NCBI GenBank assembly: GCA_049324475.1
Contig: JBMOOO010000012.1
Span: forward strand, 4,468-68,467
Length of the DNA stretch: 64,000 bases
Direction: 5' to 3'
Origin: Pseudomonadota bacterium
Lineage (GTDB): Bacteria; Pseudomonadota; Gammaproteobacteria; Pseudomonadales; JADFDG01
Under the pieces are notes generated by a model. The model was given only the letters and a program-made list of their open reading frames with translations, was not told where the DNA came from and ran no database searches. The position numbers and the translations under genes are program-made. The first letter of the stretch is position 1; the number at the start of each line of letters is the position of its first letter. This document shows, one piece after another, positions 18,725 through 29,002 of this stretch.

Positions 18725-19225
18725 ATGAGCACGGTCACACTGGGCGGCAACGCCATCCGCATCGATGGCAAGTTCCCGCAAAAGGGCGAAAAGGCCCCGG
18801 CTTTCACCCTGGTCGGCAAGGATCTGGCCGACGTGTCGCTGGCGTCCTTCGGCAGCAAGCGCAAGATCCTGAACATCTTTCCCAGCATCGACACGCCCAC
18901 CTGTGCGATGTCGGTGCGCCACTTCAACAAGGACGCCTCCAGCCTCGCCGATACCGTGGTGCTGTGCATCTCCGCGGACCTGCCGTTCGCGCAGGCGCGT
19001 TTCTGCGGTGCCGAGGGCCTGAACAACGTGGTCACGCTGTCGGCCATGCGCGGCCGGGAATTCCTGACCAACTATGGCGTCGCCATCGCCGAAGGTCCGA
19101 TTGCCGGCCTGTGCGCACGCGCCGTGGTGGTACTGGACGGCAGCAACACGGTCCTGCACAGCGAACTGGTGCCGGAGATCAAGAACGAGCCGGACTACGC
19201 TGCTGCCCTGAAGGTGCTGGGTTGA
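18725..19225 (+). CDS. tpx: Thiol peroxidase
   Basis: [21 protein letters not shown] and EPDY; GGAGG RBS. Confidence 0.95.
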   Translation: MSTVTLGGNAIRIDGKFPQKGEKAPAFTLVGKDLADVSLASFGSKRKILNIFPSIDTPTCAMSVRHFNKDASSLADTVVLCISADLPFAQARFCGAEGLNNVVTLSAMRGREFLTNYGVAIAEGPIAGLCARAVVVLDGSNTVLHSELVPEIKNEPDYAAALKVLG

Positions 19226-19229
19226 TGCC

Positions 19230-19559
19230 ATGAGAACCACGATACGTGCCCTGCTGGGCGTGGCCTTGCTGGCAGCCGTTGCGCCGGCACAGGCCGGCGA
19301 AAGCGTCGATGCGGCTGCCGTTTATGCCGATCGCTGTGCGAAATGCCACGGCGAAACCGGCCGTGCGGAGAGCTGGCGCGGCCGGCTTTTCTTCGCGCAG
19401 GACTTCTCGAAGGATTCCTTCCAGTCCGCGCGCAGCGACGAGGAAATCCTCGAGAAGATCAATCGCGGGCCGCGCATCATGCCGGCCTACCGCGACACCC
19501 TCAGCCTTGAGCAGCGCAAGGCACTGGTGCAGCTGATCCGCAGTTTTGCGAAACCCTGA
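19230..19559 (+). CDS. Small periplasmic c-type cytochrome
   Basis: Signal peptide, CAKCH heme motif and a distal MPAY Met. Confidence 0.88.
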   Translation: MRTTIRALLGVALLAAVAPAQAGESVDAAAVYADRCAKCHGETGRAESWRGRLFFAQDFSKDSFQSARSDEEILEKINRGPRIMPAYRDTLSLEQRKALVQLIRSFAKP

Positions 19560-19588
19560 GCCGGAAACGCCCGGGAAAAGGAGCAGGC

Positions 19589-20008
19589 ATGGCCACTGAA
19601 GCAGTTCCCGTCGTGCGCGCCGTCAACGGCGACATTCCCTGGATCGTGCGCTTCGTGGACGACCATGGCCACGAGTGGATCGGCGACGAGCCGAAGGATG
19701 TCGGCGGCAGTGACATCGGCCCGTCGCCGAAACACCTGCTGCTGTCCGGGCTGGGTGCCTGCACGGCGATCACGGTGCAGATGTACGCGCAGCGCAAGCA
19801 GTGGCCCCTGACCGGCATCGAGGTGGAGCTGAAGTTCAATCCGGACGGCAAGCCGGCCAGCGGCAGCGACATCGTGCGCAACATCGTGCTGAAGGGCACG
19901 CTGGATGCCGAACAGCGCGAGCGGTTGCTGCAGATCGCCAATGCCTGCCCGGTCCATAAAATCCTGACCGGCGAGATCCGTGTCGCAACCGCCCTGGTGA
20001 ACCCATGA
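19589..20008 (+). CDS. OsmC family protein
   Basis: DEP..VGG...[11 protein letters not shown] and ACPVH. Confidence 0.9.
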   Translation: MATEAVPVVRAVNGDIPWIVRFVDDHGHEWIGDEPKDVGGSDIGPSPKHLLLSGLGACTAITVQMYAQRKQWPLTGIEVELKFNPDGKPASGSDIVRNIVLKGTLDAEQRERLLQIANACPVHKILTGEIRVATALVNP

Positions 20009-20571
20009 CCGTGAAGATCCTCGCCGTCTCCGGCAGCCTGCGCAAACAGTCGCTCAACACCGCGCTGGCGCACGCTGCGCAGGCCGTCGCCGGCGACGGT
20101 ATTTCGGTGGAGGTGGCGACGCTGCACGGCATCCCGCTGTACGACGGCGATCTGGAAGCGCAGTCCGGCGCACCCGCGGCGGTGCAGGCACTGAAAGCCA
20201 AAGTGCTGGCCTGTGACGGTCTGCTGCTGGTGACGCCGGAGTACAACAACGGCATTCCCGGCGTGTTCAAGAACGCCGTCGACTGGCTGTCACGCGCACC
20301 GGCAACGGAGAAGGTGTTCGCCGACCGGCCGGTGGCGGTGATCGGCGCTTCGCCCGGCGGCTTCGGCACCATTCTGTCGCAGAACGCGTGGCTGCCGGTG
20401 CTGCGCACGCTCGGCACGCGGCAATGGGCCGGGGGCCGGCTGATGGTGTCGCGCGCACACACGCTCATGAACGAGCAGGGCGAGCTGGCGGACGAGAAAA
20501 CGCGCGGCCTGCTGCGCGACTTCGTGGCCGGGTTTGCGCAGTTTGCAGGCGCTGGATCGCCGGATCGCTGA
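20005..20571 (+). CDS. NADPH-dependent FMN reductase
   Basis: SGSLRKQS.N and [20 protein letters not shown]. Confidence 0.92.
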   Translation: MTVKILAVSGSLRKQSLNTALAHAAQAVAGDGISVEVATLHGIPLYDGDLEAQSGAPAAVQALKAKVLACDGLLLVTPEYNNGIPGVFKNAVDWLSRAPATEKVFADRPVAVIGASPGGFGTILSQNAWLPVLRTLGTRQWAGGRLMVSRAHTLMNEQGELADEKTRGLLRDFVAGFAQFAGAGSPDR

Positions 20572-20593
20572 CGGCGATCCCTGCCGCATTCCC

Positions 20594-21028
20594 TTACAGC
20601 GCGTCTTGCGGCGCGCCGTCAACCGTCAGACCGATTTCCTGGCCGTACGACAACTCCAGCGTGTGCCCGTCCGGATCGCGCAGGAACGCCCAGTAACCTA
20701 CCGGATAGCCCCAGTCTTCCGGGCCGCTGTGCAGCACGCCCTCGCGGCGCGCCTCCTCCGCGAGACGATCCACTTCCTCGCGTGAACGACAGCCCACGCC
20801 CAGGTGCGCGATCGGCGCCAGCACCGTGCCGGCCGTCTCCTGCTGGATCAGCACGATCGCGAACGGCCGTGTGCGATCCGACAGCCACACGACCCGGTGC
20901 CCGGTTTCCGCATCGGTGCGCTGGTGCACCACCTGCATGGCCGCGTATTTCGCGTAGAACGCCACGGAACGCTCCAGGTCGACGACCTGGAGCGCAATGT
21001 GTGTCAGTCCGATGTCGGCCATGGACAA
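20594..21028 (-). CDS. VOC/glyoxalase family protein
   Basis: THIAL.V.DLERS..FY, AHLG and RDPDGHTLEL; the start could be 21022. Confidence 0.88.
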   Translation of the reverse strand: MSMADIGLTHIALQVVDLERSVAFYAKYAAMQVVHQRTDAETGHRVVWLSDRTRPFAIVLIQQETAGTVLAPIAHLGVGCRSREEVDRLAEEARREGVLHSGPEDWGYPVGYWAFLRDPDGHTLELSYGQEIGLTVDGAPQDAL

Positions 21029-21055
21029 TCCGCCGTGATGACGTCCTGTCGCATT

Positions 21056-22138
21056 CTACGCCGCCTGTTCGGCCTTCAGCGCCGGGTAATCGGTGTAACC
21101 CTGCGCGCCCGGCGTGTAGAACGTGGCCTGGTCCGGGGTTGCCAGCGCCGCGCCGCGACGGAAACGTTCCGGCAGGTCCGGGTTGGCGATGAACGCCGAA
21201 CCGAAGATCGCCGCATCTGCATGCCCGTCCGCGAGCAGCGCCTGCGCGCTGTCCTTCGTCAGGCCACCGCCGGAGAAGTACGCGCCCTGCCAGAGCGGAC
21301 GCAGGATCGCGTGATATCCGGCGGCGCTGCGTTTCGCATCGGCCGGCGACACGTCGATGAAGGCCAGCGGCAGGTGCGCGATCTTCTTCAGCAGCGTGCT
21401 GAAGGTGTCGACCGGATCCGGATCGTGCACGTCGTTGAAGTTGGTGCCCGGGGTCACTTTCAGGCTCACCCGGTCGAAGCCGATGCGTGCGCCCATGGCT
21501 TCCAGCGTTTCCACCACGAAGCGCGTGCGGTTTTCCGCGCTGCCGCCGTATTCGTCACTGCGCAGGTTGGTGTTCGGCGTGAGGAACTGCATGCCCAGGT
21601 AGCCGTTGCCGGCATGCAACTGCACGCCGTCGAAGCCGGCCTCGATCGCACGTTCGGCGGCGTCGGCATGGCCGCGGATGATGGCGCGGATTTCCGCGGT
21701 GGTCAGTTCGCGCGGGGTCTCATGCGGTTTCATGCCGCTGTCGGTATAGGTGGCGCCGTTCGGTTTCACCGCGGACGGCGCTACCGGCAGGGCGTTGTCC
21801 GGCTGCAGGTCGGGGTGGCTGATGCGGCCGGCGTGCATGATCTGGGCGACGATCTTGCCGCCCTTGGCGTGCACGGCATCGGTGACGCGCTTCCAGCCGG
21901 CCACATGCTGGCGGTTCACCAGGCCCGGCGTGCGCACATAGCCCTTGCCGGCGAATTCCGGGTAGATGCCTTCGGTCACGATCAGGCCGGCGCTGGCGCG
22001 CTGGGCGTAGTAGGTGGCGGTGAGCTCGCCCACGTTGCCGGCGTCATCGGCACGGCTGCGGGTCATGGGGGCCATCACCAGGCGGTTCTTCAGCTGGAGG
22101 GCGCCGGCGGTCACGGGCTGGAAAAGGTTGCTGTTCAT
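21056..22138 (-). CDS. Old yellow enzyme alkene reductase (NemA-like)
   Basis: NRLVMAPMTR, YYAQRASAG, HAGNGYL and FIANPDL. Confidence 0.92.
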   Translation of the reverse strand: MNSNLFQPVTAGALQLKNRLVMAPMTRSRADDAGNVGELTATYYAQRASAGLIVTEGIYPEFAGKGYVRTPGLVNRQHVAGWKRVTDAVHAKGGKIVAQIMHAGRISHPDLQPDNALPVAPSAVKPNGATYTDSGMKPHETPRELTTAEIRAIIRGHADAAERAIEAGFDGVQLHAGNGYLGMQFLTPNTNLRSDEYGGSAENRTRFVVETLEAMGARIGFDRVSLKVTPGTNFNDVHDPDPVDTFSTLLKKIAHLPLAFIDVSPADAKRSAAGYHAILRPLWQGAYFSGGGLTKDSAQALLADGHADAAIFGSAFIANPDLPERFRRGAALATPDQATFYTPGAQGYTDYPALKAEQAA

Positions 22139-22279
22139 GGTCCTGCTCCTGTCGGTTCGGGGATCCGGGGCGCCGGGCCCGGGGATCGGGCAGCCGGCGA
22201 CGACAGGGGCCAGTCTATTGATCGATCAGACGCTGATAATCCGTCAGAATGGCCATGAACTGTTTCCGGAATCGATCCA

Positions 22280-23176
22280 ATGGCCAGCCTGTCCCCGCCT
22301 TCCGAGCCGCTGTCCGAGCTGTCCGCCTTCGTGGCCGTGGTCGAGACCCGCAGCTTCACCGCCGCCGCGCAGCGGCTGGGCATCACCAAGTCGCTGACCA
22401 GCAAGCAGGTCACGAAGCTCGAGGACCGGCTGGGTGTGCGTCTGCTGCACCGCACCACCCGCAAGCTCAGTCTCACCGAGGCCGGCGAGCGCCTGTATGA
22501 GCGGGCCGCGCGCGCGCTGGGCGAGATCGCCGAGGCGCAGCAGGAGGTCTCCGGCTTCCAGGACGTGCCGCAGGGACGGCTGCGTGTGTCGGCACCGATG
22601 TCCTACGGACTCTCGCACGTGGTACCGCTGGTGCCGGAATTCATGCGGCAGTACCCGAAGGTGGTGGTCGACCTGCAGATGGACGATCGCAAGGTGGACG
22701 TGGTGTCCGATGCCTTCGACGTGGTGATCCGCATCGGCCGGCTTGCCGATTCCTCGCTGGTGGCGCGTCACGTGCGCCCGGTGCGCATGTACACCGCGGC
22801 GGCGCCGGACTATCTCGCGCGGCACGGCGTGCCGCAGCATCCGCTGGACCTGCGCGTGCATGCCTGCATGGTCTACACCGGTACGGCACTGGACTGGATG
22901 TTCCGCAGCGAGGACGGCCGCGAGCTGCGGGTCGAGCCCAACGGCGTGTTTTTCAGCAACAACGGCCAGGCATTGCGCGAGGCGGCGCTGGCCGGGCACG
23001 GCGTCATCCGTTCGCCGGATTTCACCGTGGCCGAGGACATCGCACAGGGGCGGCTGGTGCCGGTGCTGGAAAATTTCCGCACCTTCGAGCCGGATCTTTA
23101 TCTGGTGCTGCCCGAGCGCAAGCACATGGCGGCGAAGGTGCGCGCGTTCGTGGACTTCATGAGCGAGCGGCTGTAG
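22280..23176 (+). CDS. LysR family regulator (CrgA-like), divergent from the alkene reductase
   Basis: SFTAAAQRLG HTH and LLHRTTRKLSLTEAG. Confidence 0.93.
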   Translation: MASLSPPSEPLSELSAFVAVVETRSFTAAAQRLGITKSLTSKQVTKLEDRLGVRLLHRTTRKLSLTEAGERLYERAARALGEIAEAQQEVSGFQDVPQGRLRVSAPMSYGLSHVVPLVPEFMRQYPKVVVDLQMDDRKVDVVSDAFDVVIRIGRLADSSLVARHVRPVRMYTAAAPDYLARHGVPQHPLDLRVHACMVYTGTALDWMFRSEDGRELRVEPNGVFFSNNGQALREAALAGHGVIRSPDFTVAEDIAQGRLVPVLENFRTFEPDLYLVLPERKHMAAKVRAFVDFMSERL

Positions 23177-23232
23177 CCGCTCCTTCCGGGGCGAGTGCAC
23201 CTCCCGGGTTTGAAAGCGGGAATGTTCCGGGC

Positions 23233-23260
23233 AAAAAAAGGCCCCGCATCGCGGGGCCTT
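23233..23260 (-). terminator. Intrinsic terminator of the secreted IPT protein gene
   Basis: AAGGCCCCGC-ATC-GCGGGGCCTT hairpin with an A7 run on the left (U-tract on the minus strand). Confidence 0.8.
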
Positions 23261-23283
23261 CGCGTGCTACTGCCGCTGCCGTG

Positions 23284-25686
23284 CTACTGAACGGTCAGGA
23301 CGACGATCGATCCTTTTTCCCCCACGCCGACAAAATTCGTGCCGTTGGAGGCCAGCGACTTGATCGATCCGGTGCCCGGCAGGATCGACCAGTTGATGCC
23401 ATCGCTGCTGGCGACCAGTCCGCCGTTGCGACCACCGGCAATGAACAGGCCCAGCAGGTCATTCCTGGCAATCGCTTCGAGGAAAGGCAGGCCCTGGTTG
23501 TCACGGCGCGTGGTCCAGCTCACGCCGTCATGACTGCTGCTCAGGGTGGGCGGACTGTTGGCGATGGCGGCATACATGCCGAGTGACGGGCTCCATGCTG
23601 CCTGATAGAGACTGGTCGCTCCGGTGATGGTGTGCGCTGTCCATTGATTGCCGAACGGACTCGTGTAGACCGAGGTTCCGTTCTGGTAGGCAAGGTAGTT
23701 GCCGGTTCCGCGGGTAATTCCAAAGCCGTTGTTGCCGGTCGAGGTCACGGTGGTCCAGTTCAGGCCGTCCGGACTGGTGCCGAGGCCGTTATCGGCGGCG
23801 TATCCGGAGATTCCCCCGATGAACTGCTGGATCGGCGACCAGCCGGCGCAACGAGGGCTGATGCCCGGCACCTTGTTCATGGTCCAGGTCATCCCGTCCG
23901 GACTGGAAACGACCTGGGAGCCGCCGCGGCCGCCGATGGGCCCGCTGCTGGCCAGGTACGTGCCGTTGCCGTAGCAGGCCGAGCCAAGCGTGTAGGTCGT
24001 TACCGCGGCCGGATTGCGCCAGTTCAGCCCGTCCACACTGAAAAGCGTGACCCCGGCATCGCCGACGGCGACATATCCCCTGGCGCCTGCCGTTACCGAA
24101 TAAAGCGAGAGCCTGGTCGGTGAGTTGACGGTCGAGATTGTCACCACCGTGAATATGCCGGTGGCAGCGCTCTGCATGCCTTTGGTGGTCACGGCCAGCG
24201 GGCCGGTGCGGGCCGCAGTCGGAACCGTGACGGTCAACGAGGTCGTGGTTGCCTTCGAGGGGGTGACCGACTGGTTGCCGGTGAACGTGACGCTGTTGTC
24301 GGCGGCGCGGGCGCTGAAATTGGCGCCGGTGATCACCAGCGTTGATCCGGGCACGGCCACGTAGGCGGACAGGCTGAGGATGACGGGGGCCGGCAGAACG
24401 GTCAGCGTCTGCGCCGAGGGTGCGCTCGTGATACCGCCGGTGACGACGGAGACCGGCCCGGAGACGGCGCCGGCGGGAACGGTGACGGTGAGGCTGGTGG
24501 CGGTGGCAGCCGACGGCGTTGCCGTTACCCCGCCGCCGAACACCACCTGGTTATTGGCGGCAACCGGGTTGAAGTTGTACCCGCCGAGCGTCACGGTCTG
24601 GCCAGGGCCGGCCTCTCCGGGGCCAATGGTATCGACGCGGGGTACAGGCACGACCGTGACCGTGCCGTTGCTGGTGCCACCCAGTGCATAGAGCGTGCTG
24701 GTTGCCCCGTTGAATGCGAGCGATGTCGGGTTAAGGCCCACGGGAAATGGCGCACCGATCACGCTGCCGGTTGCGCCGCTGAACATGTAGGCGCCGGTGC
24801 CCGGCACGCCCCAGGCGCCGTAATCGGCAACGAAGACGACATTGCTCTGTGCACTCGCAACATCGCTCATGACATTGATGTAATTGCCGAAATTGTACGT
24901 GTTCTGCGTCAAGCTCTTGCCGGACACGCCAACAGCCACCACCCCGCCCTGCATTCCGTACGGGGCATATCCCTGCAGCCCGGCGTAGGCAAGGCCGGTG
25001 GATGGATTTGCAGTAATGCTGCCGGGCTTCGCTGAAAAGGCGGAGGTGCTGCCGATGAGCGTTTTGGTCGAGCCGTCCACCACATGGACTACGCTGGCCC
25101 CCGTATCGGTGACATAAATCCGGTTGTTGTTGGCATCCACGGCGACGAGGTTTGAGTAGGTGGACTGGCTCAGGGCAACACTGCCGATACCCGTACCGTC
25201 ACCGTTCATGTAGTACAGGGAATTCTTGATGGTGTTTCGTTCGGATCCCGAGACGCTGAAGTACACGGTCCCCGTCGCAGGGTTGACGGCGATGTCCGAG
25301 GTGTACAGCCGCTGTGGCGGCTGGCCGAAGGTGATGTCCTGCAGCCAGACGTTCTTGTTCGTGTCGATGATCGAGATGCGGTTGAAATTGAGCAGGTAGA
25401 GGCGGTTTGCCTGGTTGTTGATGGCCAGGCGTGCGCCCGAGTTGCCGACCGGCAGCGAGAGGTTGATCTGCCCCGACACCGTATTGGTGGTCATGTCGAT
25501 CATGGTGACGCTGGTGGCGCCCAGTGCGGCCACGTAGGCGGTACTGGTTGCGGGGTTCAGGGCGATGCCCTGCAGCCAGCCACCCAGCGTGATGGTGGTT
25601 GGCGCGGCCTGCAGGCCGGCGGACAACAACAGCAGCAGGAAGAGGGAGCAGAAGTGCCTGATCAGGTTTTTCTTGTTGCGAGGCAT
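23284..25686 (-). CDS. Secreted protein: YncE-like beta-propeller + 2 IPT/TIG domains + BNR-like propeller
   Basis: Signal peptide, repeated IA.NP.T...YV blades, two G.TVTL.G.NF...TSLTVTVP units and SxDGxxW repeats; GGAG RBS. Confidence 0.8.
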   Translation of the reverse strand: MPRNKKNLIRHFCSLFLLLLLSAGLQAAPTTITLGGWLQGIALNPATSTAYVAALGATSVTMIDMTTNTVSGQINLSLPVGNSGARLAINNQANRLYLLNFNRISIIDTNKNVWLQDITFGQPPQRLYTSDIAVNPATGTVYFSVSGSERNTIKNSLYYMNGDGTGIGSVALSQSTYSNLVAVDANNNRIYVTDTGASVVHVVDGSTKTLIGSTSAFSAKPGSITANPSTGLAYAGLQGYAPYGMQGGVVAVGVSGKSLTQNTYNFGNYINVMSDVASAQSNVVFVADYGAWGVPGTGAYMFSGATGSVIGAPFPVGLNPTSLAFNGATSTLYALGGTSNGTVTVVPVPRVDTIGPGEAGPGQTVTLGGYNFNPVAANNQVVFGGGVTATPSAATATSLTVTVPAGAVSGPVSVVTGGITSAPSAQTLTVLPAPVILSLSAYVAVPGSTLVITGANFSARAADNSVTFTGNQSVTPSKATTTSLTVTVPTAARTGPLAVTTKGMQSAATGIFTVVTISTVNSPTRLSLYSVTAGARGYVAVGDAGVTLFSVDGLNWRNPAAVTTYTLGSACYGNGTYLASSGPIGGRGGSQVVSSPDGMTWTMNKVPGISPRCAGWSPIQQFIGGISGYAADNGLGTSPDGLNWTTVTSTGNNGFGITRGTGNYLAYQNGTSVYTSPFGNQWTAHTITGATSLYQAAWSPSLGMYAAIANSPPTLSSSHDGVSWTTRRDNQGLPFLEAIARNDLLGLFIAGGRNGGLVASSDGINWSILPGTGSIKSLASNGTNFVGVGEKGSIVVLTVQ

Positions 25687-25922
25687 GTGGATCTCCAGCC
25701 ATGGATGATGTGGCCCGGGCGGGCCGCGCATTCACAGCCATCGTCGCGATGGCTGCCGCGCCGATCTTCGTGGATGCCCTGCCGTACGTCCAGACAGGTG
25801 CCGCGGCCGGACGCGACGGGGTCGCGCCGACGGCCCGCTGATGGCTGTGTACGTATGCCACGTACTTGTGGTTCACGCCGTACGGGGAGATGCTTCGGCG
25901 ACCGGATAGCGGGAGGCGTGTC

Positions 25923-27221
25923 ATGAAAGAGCTCCGCAAGATCGCGATCCTCGGCGGCCAGCGCATTCCCTTCGCGCGGCAGAACACCGCCTATACCCAC
26001 GAATCGAATCTGGACATGCTCACCGCCACGCTGCAGGCGCTGGTGGCGCGCTACAACCTGCAGGGCATGCGGCTGGGTGAGGTGGCGGCCGGCGCCGTGC
26101 TCAAGCACACGCGCGACTTCAACATGACGCGCGAGGCGACGCTGGCCAGCGGGCTGGCGCCGCAGACGCCCGCCTACGACGTGCAGCAGGCCTGCGCCAC
26201 TTCGCTGGAAACCGCGATCCTGGTCGGCAACAAGATCGGTGCCGGGCAGATCGAGGTGGGCATCGCCGGCGGTGTCGATTCCTCGTCCGATGCACCGATT
26301 GCGCTCAGTGAAAAGCTGCGCAAGCTGGTGCTGGCGCTCAACCGCGCGAAAACCGGCGGCGAGAAGCTGCGCCTGCTCGCGCAGTTGCGGCCCGGCATGC
26401 TGGTGCCCTCGGTGCCGAACGTGAACGAGCGGCGCAGCGGCATGTCCATGGGCGAGCATTGCGAGCTCATGGTGAAGCACTGGGGCATCACCCGCCTGGC
26501 GCAGGATGAACTCGCGCTGGCCAGCCATCGCCACGGTGCTGCCGCGTACGAGGCCGGTTTCCATGCCGATCTGATCGTTCCGTATCGCGGGCTGGTCCGT
26601 GACAACAACCTGCGCAAGGACACGTCCGCGGAGAAACTCGCGAAGCTCGCGCCGGCCTTCGACAAGACCAGCGGCCGGGGTTCGCTCACCGCCGGCAACT
26701 CCACGCCGCTCACCGACGGCGCTGCGGCCATCCTGCTTTCCTCGGAAACCTGGGCGGCCGCGCGCGGGTTCACGCCGCAGGCCTGGCTGGTGGATGCGGA
26801 AACCGCGGCGGTGGAATACACCGGCCCCGACGCCGAAGGCCTGCTGATGGCGCCGGCCTATGCCGTGCCGCGAATGCTGGCGCGCAATGGGCTCACGCTG
26901 CAGGACTTCGACTATTACGAAATCCACGAAGCGTTCACCGGCCAGGTGCTGTGCACGCTCAAGGCCTGGGAGGACGAAAAGTACTGCCGGGAAAAACTCG
27001 GCTGGGCCGGTGCGCTGGGCAGTATCGATCGCAGCAGGCTCAACGTGAACGGCGGTTCCGTGGCACTGGGCCATCCGTTTGCGGCCACCGGTGCGCGCAT
27101 CCTTGCCGGCGCCGCGAAACAGCTGGCGATGCATCGCGCAGAAACCGGCCGCGCCGGCCGCACCCTGGTGTCGGTGTGTGCGGCCGGCGGGCTGGGCGCG
27201 GTGGCGATACTGGAGGGGTGA
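25923..27221 (+). CDS. Acetyl-CoA C-acyltransferase (thiolase)
   Basis: QACATS, NSTPLTDGAA, EIHEAF, GHPFAATG and VCAAGG; GGGAGG RBS. Confidence 0.93.
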   Translation: MKELRKIAILGGQRIPFARQNTAYTHESNLDMLTATLQALVARYNLQGMRLGEVAAGAVLKHTRDFNMTREATLASGLAPQTPAYDVQQACATSLETAILVGNKIGAGQIEVGIAGGVDSSSDAPIALSEKLRKLVLALNRAKTGGEKLRLLAQLRPGMLVPSVPNVNERRSGMSMGEHCELMVKHWGITRLAQDELALASHRHGAAAYEAGFHADLIVPYRGLVRDNNLRKDTSAEKLAKLAPAFDKTSGRGSLTAGNSTPLTDGAAAILLSSETWAAARGFTPQAWLVDAETAAVEYTGPDAEGLLMAPAYAVPRMLARNGLTLQDFDYYEIHEAFTGQVLCTLKAWEDEKYCREKLGWAGALGSIDRSRLNVNGGSVALGHPFAATGARILAGAAKQLAMHRAETGRAGRTLVSVCAAGGLGAVAILEG

Positions 27222-27259
27222 CTATCAGCGCCCCGTGTCCGGCGTACTGGAGCGCCGGG

Positions 27260-28726
27260 TCAAGGCTGGCTTTTGGGCAACCCGGCGGCCGCCTCCCGGA
27301 ATGCTGCCAACGCCGCCTCCAGGTGCTCAATGATCTCCTGCTGCAGTACATCCGGCGGCGGCAGGTCATCCAGGTTGTCCAGGCTCTCGTCCTTTAGCCA
27401 GAAGATATCGAGGCTCGCCTTGTCCCGGGCGATCAGCTCGTCATAGCCGTAGTACTTGAACCGTTCGGTTTCTTTCCGCTTGTGCCGGTTCTCCGGGTTA
27501 TAGCAGGCGACGAAATCCTGCAGGTCCTCGAACTTCAGCGTCCGCGTCTTCAGCGTGAAGTGCTTGTTGGTGCGCAGGTCGTAGAACCACACGCCTTTGG
27601 TATGCACCCGGCCATCCTTCGGCGCGTTGTCGAAGAACACCACGTTTGCCTTCACGCCCTGCGCGTAGAAGATGCCGGTCGGCAGGCGCAGCACGGTGTG
27701 CACATCACAGGTTTCCAGCAGTTTTCGGCGAATCTTCTCGCCGGCGCCGCCCTCGAACAGCACGTTGTCCGGCAGCACCACCGCGGCGCGGCCGGTGACC
27801 TTCAGCAGGCTGACGATGTGCTGCAGGAAGTTCAGTTGTTTGTTCGAAGTGGTTTCCCAGAAATCCTGCCGCTCGTAGGTGAGCGCGTCGCGGTCTTCCT
27901 CGCCGTCCTCGTTGGTGATGGTCATGCTGCTCTTCTTGCCGAAGGGCGGGTTGGCCAGCACGTAATCCACTTTCACCTTCGGCTCGGCGATCAGCGCGTC
28001 CGCCCGTTCCACCGACGGTTCTCCGTCCAGCTCGCCGATGTTGTGCAGGAACAGGTTCATCAGGCACAGGCGGCGGGTGCCGGGCACGATCTCGTTGCCG
28101 TGGAAGGTTCCTTCGCGCAGGAACTTCTTCTGCTTCGCATTGAGCTGCGCCCCGGGGCGCGTCAGCCAGCTGTAGGCGCCGAGGAAGAAGCCGCCGGTGC
28201 CGCAGGCCGGGTCGGCAATGGTCTTGCCCGGTTCCGGGCGGATACATTCCACCATCGCTTGGATCAGCGCGCGCGGCGTGAAGTACTGGCCGGCGCCGCT
28301 CTTGGTGTCCTCGGCGTTTTTCTGCAGCAGGCCCTCGTAGAGATCGCCCTTGGTATCGGCATCCATGCCCACCCAGTTCTCGGTGTCGATCATCTGCACC
28401 AGCCGCGATAGCTTCGCCGGGTCCTGGATCTTGTTCTGCGCCTTGAAAAAGATTGCGCCGAGCATGCCCGGCTCGTTGCCGAGCTTATGCAGCACCTTGA
28501 GGTAATGCGCCTCTAGCGGCTCGCCGGTCTTGTTGCGCAGGGAGGGCCAGTCGTGGCCCTTGGGGATACGCGTGTCCCGCTCGAAGGGTGGCTGCGCGTA
28601 CTCGTGCGCCATCTTCAGGAACAGCAGGTAGGTGAGCTGTTCCAGGTAGTCGCCATAGCCCACGCCGTCGTCACGGAGCGTGTGGCAGAAGTTCCAGACT
28701 TTCTGGATGAGGGTGGAGGTGTTCAT
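27260..28726 (-). CDS. hsdM: Type I RM methyltransferase subunit (m6A)
   Basis: GQYFTPR, DPACGTGGF (motif I) and NPPF (motif IV). Confidence 0.95.
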   Translation of the reverse strand: MNTSTLIQKVWNFCHTLRDDGVGYGDYLEQLTYLLFLKMAHEYAQPPFERDTRIPKGHDWPSLRNKTGEPLEAHYLKVLHKLGNEPGMLGAIFFKAQNKIQDPAKLSRLVQMIDTENWVGMDADTKGDLYEGLLQKNAEDTKSGAGQYFTPRALIQAMVECIRPEPGKTIADPACGTGGFFLGAYSWLTRPGAQLNAKQKKFLREGTFHGNEIVPGTRRLCLMNLFLHNIGELDGEPSVERADALIAEPKVKVDYVLANPPFGKKSSMTITNEDGEEDRDALTYERQDFWETTSNKQLNFLQHIVSLLKVTGRAAVVLPDNVLFEGGAGEKIRRKLLETCDVHTVLRLPTGIFYAQGVKANVVFFDNAPKDGRVHTKGVWFYDLRTNKHFTLKTRTLKFEDLQDFVACYNPENRHKRKETERFKYYGYDELIARDKASLDIFWLKDESLDNLDDLPPPDVLQQEIIEHLEAALAAFREAAAGLPKSQP

Positions 28727-28911
28727 GGCCTTTCCTTCTTTGCGCCGGATGTATACGCCGGCGCATAAATGGCGGTTAAAAGGCGCATAAATCCGCGCCA
28801 GTGGTACGCGGCAGCAACCCGCAGCGGGCCGCAGGCCTGGCCCGGGTCCGGGGTCTGCGCCGAAGGGGAGGAATATACGCAGGTCATCTTGGGCATGCGT
28901 TCGTTCGGCAT
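28723..28911 (-). CDS. Possible small ORF (62 aa) translationally coupled to hsdM
   Basis: AGAGGG lies upstream of ATG 28911 and its TGA overlaps the hsdM ATG; no recognisable family. Confidence 0.25.
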   Translation of the reverse strand: MPNERMPKMTCVYSSPSAQTPDPGQACGPLRVAAAYHWRGFMRLLTAIYAPAYTSGAKKERP

Positions 28912-28989
28912 AGGCGCCCTCTACGCCACAAGGGCAGCGGGACCTCCATAAGGCCAGATTTCGCCGGATCTAAAGTCACCGGCCAACCC

Positions 28990-29002
28990 TAACCTGTTGT
29001 TT
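28990..29002 (-). promoter_or_regulatory. IHF-like site
   Basis: Minus strand AAACAACAGGTTA has one mismatch to WATCAANNNNTTR. Confidence 0.3.
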
